Shown: positions 1-8,075 of the stretch, piece by piece
How the letters are laid out: each line of letters begins with the position of its first letter
Numbering within the stretch: position 1 is the stretch's first letter
DNA from: an uncultured Clostridia bacterium
GTDB lineage: Bacteria; Bacillota; Clostridia; Christensenellales; CAG-138
Direction: 5' to 3'
Length of the DNA: 64,000 nt
Assembly (NCBI GenBank): GCA_934633985.1
Contig: CAKTYU010000010.1
Location: 1,185 to 65,184 of the forward strand
Notes under the pieces: generated by a model
What the model was told of the DNA's origin: nothing
Seen by the model: only the letters and a program-made list of their open reading frames with translations
The model's database searches: none
Position numbers and translations under genes: made by a program

Positions 1-472
1 CGAGCAGTATGCCCAGCGTTGCCGCGGAGGCCGCGGGGTCAAAGAGAAGTATTATGCCCAGTATGATCCCAACGGCATTTGAAACGAGGGCGAGCCAGAA
101 GCAGGCGGCGCCCGCCAGGCGCTTCACAACATTGAGCAGCGCAAGGCGCGCCGTGCAGTGGGCTATTATAAACGCCGGGAAAAGCACCAGCATTATCCTT
201 GTGCCCACGCCCGGATGGGCGATGAGCACGAAGCCCAGCATTATGGATATTATTCCGGCGACCATCGACAGCGCGGGGCGAAGGCCCGTGTGCCGCTCAA
301 GGCGTATGTAGAACATCACGTCCGCAAGGCCGGTTATCACGGCGATGAAGCCGTATATCACGGCGAAGCTGTTGAGCACCTGCTCCGTGCGAAGCATAGT
401 CGCAATGCCCAGCAGCACCAGCAGCACTCCCTCCAGCATCTCTACGAAGATATATCTGTGTTCCGCTCTCAT
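1..472 (-). CDS. Multi-pass membrane protein, HdeD/DUF308-like (partial, C-terminus outside window)
   Basis: Own translation of minus strand from ATG at 470-472: MRAEHRYIFVEMLEGVLLVLLGIATML...GIISIMLGFVLIAHP...; open to position 2 with no stop; several hydrophobic helices; ATG overlaps ftsH stop (ATGA). Not in ORF track because it runs off the edge. Family call tentative. Confidence 0.5.
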   Translation of the reverse strand, partial: MRAEHRYIFVEMLEGVLLVLLGIATMLRTEQVLNSFAVIYGFIAVITGLADVMFYIRLERHTGLRPALSMVAGIISIMLGFVLIAHPGVGTRIMLVLFPAFIIAHCTARLALLNVVKRLAGAACFWLALVSNAVGIILGIILLFDPAASAATLGILL

Positions 473-2298
473 ACCGCCGCCTCCTTAAAGCTGTCCAGTA
501 TCTTCATAAATTCCTCTCCCGTGATGGTCTCCTTCTCAGTGAGGTACTGGGCCAATTTTTCGAGCTTTTCGCGGTTTTCCTTCAGCATGTTCACGGCCTT
601 CTCATGCTGCTTCTTTATCATGTCCGTGACCTTCTGGTCTATGACCCGCTGGGTCTCTGCGGAGCAGCTCAGCGTGGTGTCGCCGCCAAGGTACTGGTTG
701 GTGACGGTCTCCATTGCCACCATGCCAAATTCCTCGCTCATGCCGTAGCGGGTTATCATGGCCCGCGCGAGCTTTGTGGCCTGCTCTATGTCGTTTGAGG
801 CGCCGGTGGTGATCTCGTTGAACGCGACCTCCTCTGCGGCGCGGCCTCCTGTGAGGGTGGCTATCTTATTTTCCAGCTCCTCCTTGGAAAGCAGGTATCT
901 GTCGTTTTCCTCTACCTGCATGGTATAGCCCAATGCGCCCGAGGTGCGCGGGATTATGGTTATCTTCTGCACCGGGGCGGAATGGGACTGCAACGCCGCC
1001 ACCAGCGCATGGCCTATCTCATGGTACGCCACTATGCTGCGCTCCCTGTCGGACATCACGGCGTTCTTCTTTTGATAGCCGGCTATTACAACCTCTACGC
1101 TCTCCTCGAGGTCCGCCTGCGATACGGTCTTTCTCCCGCCGCGCACGGCCCGCAGCGCGCCCTCGTTTATGATGTTCGCCAGTTCCGCGCCGGAAGCGCC
1201 GGAGGTCATGCGGGCTATAACATGGTAATCAACGTTTGGATCCGCCTTTATCTTGCGCGCATGAACCTTAAGTATGGCTTCTCTGCCGTTTAGATCTGGA
1301 AGCTCCACGGGTATGCGCCTGTCAAAGCGGCCGGGGCGGGTCAGCGCCGGATCCAACGACTCCGGCCGGTTGGTGGCCGCAAGTATTATCACGCCGTTGT
1401 TGCTGTCAAAGCCGTCCATCTCGGTAAGAAGCTGGTTGAGGGTCTGCTCGCGCTCGTCATTGCCGCCGAACTGGCCGTCGCGCTTCTTTCCGATGGCGTC
1501 TATCTCGTCAATGAACACTATGCAGGGCGCCTTCTGCTTGGCCTGCTCGAACAGGTCGCGCACCTTGGACGCGCCCATGCCCACGAACATCTCGACGAAC
1601 TCCGAGCCGGATATGGAGAAAAACGGCACGTTAGATTCGCCTGCGACTGCCTTTGCAAGCATGGTCTTGCCGGTGCCCGGAGGGCCGACCAGCAGCAGGC
1701 CCTTGGGCATGGAAGCGCCCACCTCGCTGTACTTCGTGGGGTTATGCAGGTAATCCACTACCTCGGCAAGGCTCTCCTTGGCCTCGTCCTCGCCCGCAAC
1801 GTCGTCAAAGTGTATGCCCTCGGTGGATTGTATGTATATCTTGGCGTTGCTCTTGCCCATGCCGCCGAACATGAGCGAATCCTTGCCGCCGGCCTGGCTC
1901 ATAAGGCGCTTATAGAGATACTGACCCAAGGCGACAAAGAGTATTATGGGCAGCACGCCGGTGATAAGATAGCTCACCAGCGGGCTCAGTGTCTTTTCTA
2001 TCACCCTGTCGAAGGCCGCGCCGGATTCATAGAGTCTTTGTGTAAGGTCGGGGTCCTCCATGGCGCTGGTGTAGTATACCTTGCCCTCCTTGTCCGTGAA
2101 GGTTATCTCGTCGGTATTCACCTGCACCTTGTCCACCTTCTTGCCGTCTACCATGCGCAAAAAGGTGCCGTAATCCACCTCCTTGACGGGGTCGTCCATA
2201 AGCATGGGCGCTATGAACGCATTGAACAGCACCACGCAAAGCAGCACTATGCTATAATAAAACAACAGCGGCTTCTTGGGCGGTTTTGCTTCCTTCAT
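469..2298 (-). CDS. ftsH: ATP-dependent zinc metalloprotease FtsH
   Basis: N-terminal TM, Walker A GPPGTGKT, Walker B IVFIDEIDA, SRH TNRPESLDPALTRPGRFDR, zinc site HEIGHA. Start moved to MKEAK (ATG 2296-2298) because GGGAG lies 8 nt upstream; track start 2325 has no RBS. Confidence 0.95.
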   Translation of the reverse strand: MKEAKPPKKPLLFYYSIVLLCVVLFNAFIAPMLMDDPVKEVDYGTFLRMVDGKKVDKVQVNTDEITFTDKEGKVYYTSAMEDPDLTQRLYESGAAFDRVIEKTLSPLVSYLITGVLPIILFVALGQYLYKRLMSQAGGKDSLMFGGMGKSNAKIYIQSTEGIHFDDVAGEDEAKESLAEVVDYLHNPTKYSEVGASMPKGLLLVGPPGTGKTMLAKAVAGESNVPFFSISGSEFVEMFVGMGASKVRDLFEQAKQKAPCIVFIDEIDAIGKKRDGQFGGNDEREQTLNQLLTEMDGFDSNNGVIILAATNRPESLDPALTRPGRFDRRIPVELPDLNGREAILKVHARKIKADPNVDYHVIARMTSGASGAELANIINEGALRAVRGGRKTVSQADLEESVEVVIAGYQKKNAVMSDRERSIVAYHEIGHALVAALQSHSAPVQKITIIPRTSGALGYTMQVEENDRYLLSKEELENKIATLTGGRAAEEVAFNEITTGASNDIEQATKLARAMITRYGMSEEFGMVAMETVTNQYLGGDTTLSCSAETQRVIDQKVTDMIKKQHEKAVNMLKENREKLEKLAQYLTEKETITGEEFMKILDSFKEAAV

Positions 2299-2425
2299 TT
2301 TTTCACTCCCTTTTTGTAAATGCATATCGCGTATCTAAAACGGTTCCGATTTTATTTAAAGTATAGCTTCCTAAATTCCCCTTGTCGATGCAGCATACGC
2401 AAACTTCACCTTTATTTTGCAATCC

Positions 2426-2470
2426 CAAAATCGAAAAACCGCGTGCGGCGACAACAGGCCGCCTGCGGTT
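2426..2470 (-). terminator. Intrinsic terminator downstream of the hydrogenase-like gene
   Basis: Minus strand: AACCGCAGGCGGC-loop-GCCGCACGCGGTT (11/13 bp) followed by TTTTCGATTTTG. Confidence 0.5.
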
Positions 2471-2481
2471 CAAGGCTAAGG

Positions 2482-3930
2482 CTATTTTTTCTCTCCCTCC
2501 CGGAACACCTTTATGGCGCCGGATATGCTGCTCTCAACCGAGGAGCGGCCATAGGCGTTTACCTGGGCGGTGTTTCTTGCGTTGTGGCTGAGGCAGGCCG
2601 GGCCGCCTATGCAGCCGCCCTCGCAGGCCATGCCCTCTATGAAATTCTCCTTGAGCAGCCCCTTTTGCTTTTTAAGCAGCGCCGCCTTGCATTCCGCAAG
2701 GCCGTTGCAGGAAACGGCGGACAGCTTGAACTGCTCCTCCGTTACTCCCTGCTCCTTGAGCGCCTCTGTTACCGCCTCCGCAAGGCCGCCGCAGCGGGCG
2801 AATATCCTGCCGAAAAACGAGGCGTTGTCAAGCTGCGCCTTCTCCATGGCCGCCACGTCTATCCCCTTTGCGGAAAACATCGCCTGCATCTCCTCAAAGG
2901 TTATGGCATAATCCACATATTTCTTGGTCTTGGTGTACTTCACCTCGCCCTTCTTCGCTATGCAGGGGCCTATGAATACCACATGGCAGCCCTCGTCCTT
3001 TTCCTGCAGCCAGCGGGCTATCTGGGCCATCGGGGATAGGTTGTGGGAAATATTCTCCGCAAGCTCGGGGAAGTCCTTCTTTATGTAGTTCACGAAGGCC
3101 GGGCAACAGGACGAGGTCAAAAAGTGCTTTTCCGCAAGCTCCTCCGCCTCGAGCCACGCCACCATATCCGCGCCCCATGCCGCCTCCACAACATCATAGA
3201 AGCCGAGGGCCTTTATGCCCGCCATCACCTGCTCCGGCGCAACGTCGGTATACTGGCTCGCCACGGAGGGCGCGACCACCGCATACACCCGATAGTTGGT
3301 GTTGTTGCCGGAGTTGCGTATAAGGGATATCACCTGCGTGATGCTGGACTTATCGGTTATCGCGCCGAAGGGGCACTGATACACGCAGGCGCCGCAGGAT
3401 ATGCACTTATCCTTGCTTATCACCGCCTTCTCGGTGTCCTGATCTATATATATCGCCTCCGCCTTGCAGGCGCGGACGCAGGGACGGACGTGCTTCACTA
3501 TGGCGGAATACGGGCATACCGACATGCACTTGCCGCACTCCACGCACTTTGTCTTGTCTATCCTTGCGTGATGATCCACTATGCTTATCGCCCCCTTGGG
3601 GCAGTTATCCATGCAGCGATGGGCAAGGCAGCCCCTGCAGGCGGCGGTGACCTGTATGCCGTCCACGGGGCATTCATCGCAGGCTATGGGCAGCACGCCT
3701 ACCACCGTGCCGTCCTCCTCGCCGCCCAGCGCCATGCCTACCCGCTGGTTTATTATGGCCCGCTCTTTATATATGCAGCAGCGGAACATGGGCTTGCCCT
3801 CCGGTATTATCTTGGCGGAGATGTCCATTATCTTCTGCGGCGTCATTTCGTCATTATAAGCCAGCTTTGCCACTTCCCTGAGCACATTGTACTTCATCTT
3901 CTGCACGTGCGTATCAAACAGCAGCGACAT
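2482..3930 (-). CDS. [FeFe]-hydrogenase-family protein (ferredoxin-like FeS domains + H-cluster domain), monomeric type
   Basis: CVECGKCMSVCP and CISCGACVYQCP 4Fe-4S motifs plus CRGCLAHRCMDNCP; H-domain motifs TSSCCPAF, GPCIAKKGE, EGMACEGGCIGGP. AAGGAG RBS 8 nt before ATG. Confidence 0.85.
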   Translation of the reverse strand: MSLLFDTHVQKMKYNVLREVAKLAYNDEMTPQKIMDISAKIIPEGKPMFRCCIYKERAIINQRVGMALGGEEDGTVVGVLPIACDECPVDGIQVTAACRGCLAHRCMDNCPKGAISIVDHHARIDKTKCVECGKCMSVCPYSAIVKHVRPCVRACKAEAIYIDQDTEKAVISKDKCISCGACVYQCPFGAITDKSSITQVISLIRNSGNNTNYRVYAVVAPSVASQYTDVAPEQVMAGIKALGFYDVVEAAWGADMVAWLEAEELAEKHFLTSSCCPAFVNYIKKDFPELAENISHNLSPMAQIARWLQEKDEGCHVVFIGPCIAKKGEVKYTKTKKYVDYAITFEEMQAMFSAKGIDVAAMEKAQLDNASFFGRIFARCGGLAEAVTEALKEQGVTEEQFKLSAVSCNGLAECKAALLKKQKGLLKENFIEGMACEGGCIGGPACLSHNARNTAQVNAYGRSSVESSISGAIKVFREGEKK

Positions 3931-4157
3931 ATAATTTCTCCTTTTAAATATAAAAAATTTTAAATACTCTAAAGCTACCGGCTTTTTTTGTTTTTTATAG
4001 ATACATATTATACTTATGCCTTATAACAAAGTCAACACCGGCTTTATTTGATATAATTATTCGTTATATTGCTGCGGGTTTTGAGCGGTTGGCTTTATGC
4101 TTTGCGCTTAGCCGCGCCCTCACTTTTCAAAAAAATCTCCCGGCTGGCACATTTGCC

Positions 4158-4206
4158 TTGTATGAGTCCGTTTATGTGATATAATAATGACAATCACAAT
4201 TATTAT
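4158..4206 (+). promoter_or_regulatory. Candidate promoter (TTGTAT-16-TATAAT, TG-extended) with overlapping inverted repeat ATAATAAT-N10-ATTATTAT
   Basis: -35 at 4158-4163, -10 at 4180-4185 preceded by TGa; 8-bp inverted arms 4181-4188 / 4199-4206; 25 nt upstream of the OYE gene start. Confidence 0.4.
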
Positions 4207-4230
4207 TTTCGGAAAGGAAGGCCAATTTAT

Positions 4231-6285
4231 ATGAATAAGATCTATGATCCGCTCTTTACCCCATGGAAGATAGGCGATCTTGAAATAAAGAACCGCATAG
4301 TCATGACCTCCATGGGCGGCACCTCCATATTCGGCTGGATGGAGCCCAACCACTTCGATAAGGAAGCGGCGCGCTTCCTTTTGGAAAGGGCCAGGAACAA
4401 CGCCGGACTCATACTACCCGGCATAGCCCCAATACGGGATATACTCTTCGGCAAGTGGCTGTATCAGGGCAAGGGCAAGTTCGACGAGCTGAAGGACTTT
4501 ATGGAGGAGTTCCACAAGACCGGCTGCAAGATGTTCATACAGCTCACCGCGGGCTTCGGCCGTTCCCTCGCCATAAACGACATAATGGTAAAGGCCATGC
4601 ACAACAAGGCCCTCGCCGCGGTAATGAAGCCCGTGCTGGACGTCAGCTACCTCACCGCCAGCGCCAGCGCCACGCCCAACCGCTGGGAGGATAGCTGCAT
4701 ATCCCGCCCCCTCACCACAAAGGAGATACGCCAAATGGTAGATGCCTTCGCCAAGACCGCCAAGCTCTGCAAGGACGCCGGAGTGGACGGCATAGAGGTG
4801 CACGCGGTGCATGAGGGCTACCTGCTGGATCAGTTCACCATGAAATACACCAACTTCCGCACGGACGAATACGGCGGGAGCTTTGAAAACCGCTATCGCT
4901 TCCCCGTGGAGATAGTAAAGGCCATAAAGGCGGCCTGCGGCGACGATTTCCCCGTGTCGCTCCGCTACTCCGTGCTTTCCAAGACAAAGGGCTTCGGCAA
5001 GGGCGCGCTGCCCGGCGAGGATTACGTCGAGGTGGGACGCGACATGGAGGAGAGCGAGCGCGCCGCAAAGTATTTGCAGGACGCGGGCTATGATATGCTC
5101 AACTGCGACAACGGCACATACGACGCATGGTACTGGGCGCACCCCGCCCCCTATATGCCAAGGAACTGCAACCTGGAGGACGTTGCGCACATAAAGAAGT
5201 TCGTGGATATACCCGTGGTCTGCGCCGGACGCATGGACCCCGCCGTAGGCGCGGAGGCGGTAGCCCAGGGCAAGATAGACGGTGTAGGCATAGCCCGCCA
5301 GTTCCTTACCGACCCGGAGTGGATAACCAAGCTGATGGAGGGCCGGGAAGAGGACATACGCCCCTGTATATGCTGCCATAACGCCTGCTTCAACATGGCC
5401 CACTACAACGGTGTGGGCAACGACCAGACGCTTGCGGACAATGCGGGCATGGCGCGATGCGCCCTGAACCCGGAAACCATGCAGTCCTCCAAGTATAAGA
5501 TAGTCAAGACCGACAGGCCCAAGAGCATCGCCGTCATAGGCGGCGGCATAGGCGGCATGGAGGCCGCCCGCGTGCTTACGCTCCGGGGCCACAAGGTCAC
5601 CATATACGAAAAGAGCGACAAGTTAGGCGGCGTATTCATAGCCGCGGCGGCCCCCGAATTTAAAGAGAAGGACCGCGAGCTGATAAAATGGTATGAGAAG
5701 GAAATGAAGGACCTCGGCATAGAGATAAAGCTCAACACCGAGGTGACGGACGCGGCCTCCCTGGGCGCAGATGAGGTAATAGTCGCTACCGGCAGCAAGG
5801 CGAGGATACTCAAGGTGCCCGGCGCGGAAAAGGCGATAGAGGCCTGCGATTACCTTCTCGGCCGCCGTGAGGTTGGCCAGAAGGTCATAATAATAGGCGG
5901 CGGCCTAACCGGCTGCGAAATAGCCCTCGATATGTACAAGAAGGGCAAAACCCCCGTCATAGTCGAAATGAAGAACGACCTTATCGCCGTGAAGGGGGTA
6001 TGCCTTGCCAACTCCTCCTACCTGCGCGACTTCTTCGCCCTGAACAACGTGGAGGTACACCTCGACACCGTGCTTTCCGAGGTAACCGACAAGGGCGTGA
6101 TAGTGAAGGCCAAGGACGGAAGCACCTTCGAGATAGAGGGCGACACGGTTCTGATAAGCGCCGGCTACATACCCACGCCCGCATTGCCTCAGGGCAAACA
6201 TGTCCACCTTGTGGGCGACTGCAACAGCATAGGCAATCTTCGCACCGTCATCTGGCGGGCATGGGACGTTGCCATGGCGCTGTAA
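4231..6285 (+). CDS. Old-yellow-enzyme family FMN/FAD/4Fe-4S oxidoreductase (2-enoate reductase / 2,4-dienoyl-CoA reductase-like)
   Basis: 684 aa. TIM-barrel OYE N-half (NRIVMTSMGG, EVHAVHEGYLLDQF). Cys cluster RPCICCHNAC...ARCALNP. Two Rossmann motifs: VIGGGIGGMEAA and IIGGGLTGCEIA. Confidence 0.9.
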   Translation: MNKIYDPLFTPWKIGDLEIKNRIVMTSMGGTSIFGWMEPNHFDKEAARFLLERARNNAGLILPGIAPIRDILFGKWLYQGKGKFDELKDFMEEFHKTGCKMFIQLTAGFGRSLAINDIMVKAMHNKALAAVMKPVLDVSYLTASASATPNRWEDSCISRPLTTKEIRQMVDAFAKTAKLCKDAGVDGIEVHAVHEGYLLDQFTMKYTNFRTDEYGGSFENRYRFPVEIVKAIKAACGDDFPVSLRYSVLSKTKGFGKGALPGEDYVEVGRDMEESERAAKYLQDAGYDMLNCDNGTYDAWYWAHPAPYMPRNCNLEDVAHIKKFVDIPVVCAGRMDPAVGAEAVAQGKIDGVGIARQFLTDPEWITKLMEGREEDIRPCICCHNACFNMAHYNGVGNDQTLADNAGMARCALNPETMQSSKYKIVKTDRPKSIAVIGGGIGGMEAARVLTLRGHKVTIYEKSDKLGGVFIAAAAPEFKEKDRELIKWYEKEMKDLGIEIKLNTEVTDAASLGADEVIVATGSKARILKVPGAEKAIEACDYLLGRREVGQKVIIIGGGLTGCEIALDMYKKGKTPVIVEMKNDLIAVKGVCLANSSYLRDFFALNNVEVHLDTVLSEVTDKGVIVKAKDGSTFEIEGDTVLISAGYIPTPALPQGKHVHLVGDCNSIGNLRTVIWRAWDVAMAL

Positions 6286-6311
6286 CGCTTTTTTGCGAAA
6301 GGAGAAAAGAT

Positions 6312-7583
6312 ATGCAGCTTACAAAGGAACAGCAAGCCATACTTGACGGCAGCCAGGGCGAAGTATACGCCAAGATAATGAAGACCCTCGTCATGTACGG
6401 CGAGACCTTCGGCGCTACAAAAATGGTGCCGGTAACCTCTACCTACGGCCACATAGTCACAAGCTTTGGCGTCATCGTCATAAAGGGCGTATTCGACCTC
6501 ATGGACGAGCTTATCGCTGCGGGCGTGACCTCCAAGCAGAAGTTCTCCGCCGACCCGCGGCCGGTGGATAAGAACGTTCCGTCCAATCTTTTGCAGGACA
6601 TAGTATTCAAGGTGATGTACGGCCCTCAGAAGCGGTATGAGGAGCAGCTAAAAAAGATAGGCCTGCTCAGGGACGACGCCTTCACCTGCGCCTGTTACTT
6701 TCCCGAGGTCGGCAACAGGCCCAACAAGGGCGACGTGCTCTCCTGGGCGGAATCCAGCGCGGTTAACTATGCAAACTCCGTGCTGGGCGCGCGCTGCAAC
6801 CGCAATTCCGGCATAATCGAGATGTTCGGCTCCATACTGGGCTTCGTGCCCTACTTTGGCCTATTGACCGACGAGGGCCGCAGGGCAAGCTGGATAATTG
6901 AGATAAACACCTCAAAAAAGCCCGAGGCGCAGCTACTGGGCTCCGCCATAGGCATGAAGGTCATGGAGGACGTGCCCTACATAAAGGGCCTCGATAAGTG
7001 GATAGGCACGGAGCTTAACGACGAGGCCTGCGCTTACCTAAAGGACTTCGGCGCGGCCACCGCCTCCAACGGCGCAGTGGGCCTTTATCACGTGGACCGC
7101 CTCACCCCGGAGGCCATCGAGCAGGGCGAAAGCCTTATAAAGCCCGACGCAAGGGTATATGTGATAGACGATGCGGAGCTGGAGCGCGTAAAGGCCTCCT
7201 ACCCCGTTATCTGGAAGGATAAGGACGCCGCCCCCAAGCTCTGCTTCATGGGCTGCCCCCACATGACCCTCTCCCAGCTAAACGACTGGACGGAAAAGCT
7301 GGAGGCGAAGCTGAAGGAAAAGGGCCGCAGCAGGGTAACCATAAGGACGGTATTCACCTCCGCGCCCGGCGTGATAAAGGAATTCGAAAAGACGGAGAAC
7401 TATAAAAAGCTTAAGGATATGGGCGTTGTTGTATCCTATATCTGCCCGCTGATGTACATGAACAATCCCATGTGCGCCAAGATGCCTGTCATCACCAATA
7501 GCAACAAGCTCCGTACATACACCACGTCCCGGTATTATTCCGACAGCGAGATACTGGACCAGATCACAGGAGGTACAAAATAA
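6312..7583 (+). CDS. Aconitase X catalytic subunit (DUF521 / AcnX large subunit)
   Basis: N-terminus MQLTKEQQAILDGSQGEVYAKIMKTLVMYGETFGATKMVPVTSTYGHI is typical of DUF521. GGAGAA RBS before ATG 6312. The longer track ORF (from 6000) overlaps the OYE gene in another frame. Confidence 0.85.
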   Translation: MQLTKEQQAILDGSQGEVYAKIMKTLVMYGETFGATKMVPVTSTYGHIVTSFGVIVIKGVFDLMDELIAAGVTSKQKFSADPRPVDKNVPSNLLQDIVFKVMYGPQKRYEEQLKKIGLLRDDAFTCACYFPEVGNRPNKGDVLSWAESSAVNYANSVLGARCNRNSGIIEMFGSILGFVPYFGLLTDEGRRASWIIEINTSKKPEAQLLGSAIGMKVMEDVPYIKGLDKWIGTELNDEACAYLKDFGAATASNGAVGLYHVDRLTPEAIEQGESLIKPDARVYVIDDAELERVKASYPVIWKDKDAAPKLCFMGCPHMTLSQLNDWTEKLEAKLKEKGRSRVTIRTVFTSAPGVIKEFEKTENYKKLKDMGVVVSYICPLMYMNNPMCAKMPVITNSNKLRTYTTSRYYSDSEILDQITGGTK

Positions 7584-8020
7584 TGGAACGGATTTTCAAG
7601 GGCCGCGTAGTGGTTCCCGGCGAAGTCACCCTCAAGGCGCTGGTATCCCACGGCGGATTCAACACCCTGGCCTCCTTCAAGGACTGCAAGGAGGGCAAGA
7701 ACACCTGTACCGATCAAAACAACCCCGATCTGTACGGCAAGTCCACGGTGGGCGTGGCGCTGTGCCTGCCCCAGACCATAGGCTCCACCACGGGCGGCAT
7801 GGTGCTTTACAACTCCGCCGTGATAGGCTGCAACCCCGGCGCGCTGCTGTTTTCCAACACCATAGATTCTCTGGCTGCGGCGGGCGCCATATTGGCGAGC
7901 GTCTGGACTCCCAACAACATACCCACCGTCGATGAGTTAGGTCAGGAATTTCTCGACTATGTAAAGGACGGCATGACCATCGAGATAAGGGCAAACGGCG
8001 AGGTGCTGGTAACAGACTAA
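7583..8020 (+). CDS. Aconitase X swivel-domain subunit (DUF126 / AcnX small subunit)
   Basis: 145 aa, GRVVVPGEV...GKSTVGVALCLPQTIGSTTGGMVL...NPGALLFSN...AAAGAILA pattern of DUF126. ATG overlaps upstream TAA (TAATG), indicating translational coupling. Confidence 0.8.
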   Translation: MERIFKGRVVVPGEVTLKALVSHGGFNTLASFKDCKEGKNTCTDQNNPDLYGKSTVGVALCLPQTIGSTTGGMVLYNSAVIGCNPGALLFSNTIDSLAAAGAILASVWTPNNIPTVDELGQEFLDYVKDGMTIEIRANGEVLVTD

Positions 8021-8040
8021 ATAATGTAAAATATAGAATA

Positions 8041-8068
8041 ATGAAGCGGCCCTTATGGGCCGCTTCAT
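8041..8068. terminator. Bidirectional hairpin terminator between convergent AcnX operon and queH
   Basis: Perfect 12-bp stem ATGAAGCGGCCC-TTAT-GGGCCGCTTCAT flanked by A/T-rich sequence on both sides. Confidence 0.6.
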
Positions 8069-8075
8069 TTATCCA

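Noticed and set aside
4231-6285. Naming the OYE-family enzyme as a specific known gut enzyme (bilirubin reductase BilR, bile-acid BaiCD/BaiH, FadH)
   Set aside because: The active-site region reads HAVHEGYLLDQF, the generic enoate/dienoyl-reductase pattern. I cannot discriminate subfamilies by eye. The operon partners (AcnX subunits) do not match the bil or bai gene contexts. I kept it as a family-level call.
6000-6311. N-terminal extension of the AcnX large-subunit ORF (track start 6000)
   Set aside because: The extension overlaps the 3' end of the OYE gene in another frame and is Arg/Gly-rich nonsense. A GGAGAA RBS precedes ATG 6312, and the protein from there starts with the typical DUF521 N-terminus. 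Similar in-frame upstream extensions were trimmed for ftsH, ogt, the desulfurase, thrS, the HAD phosphatase, the MalF-like permease, the NifU-like gene and 56571.
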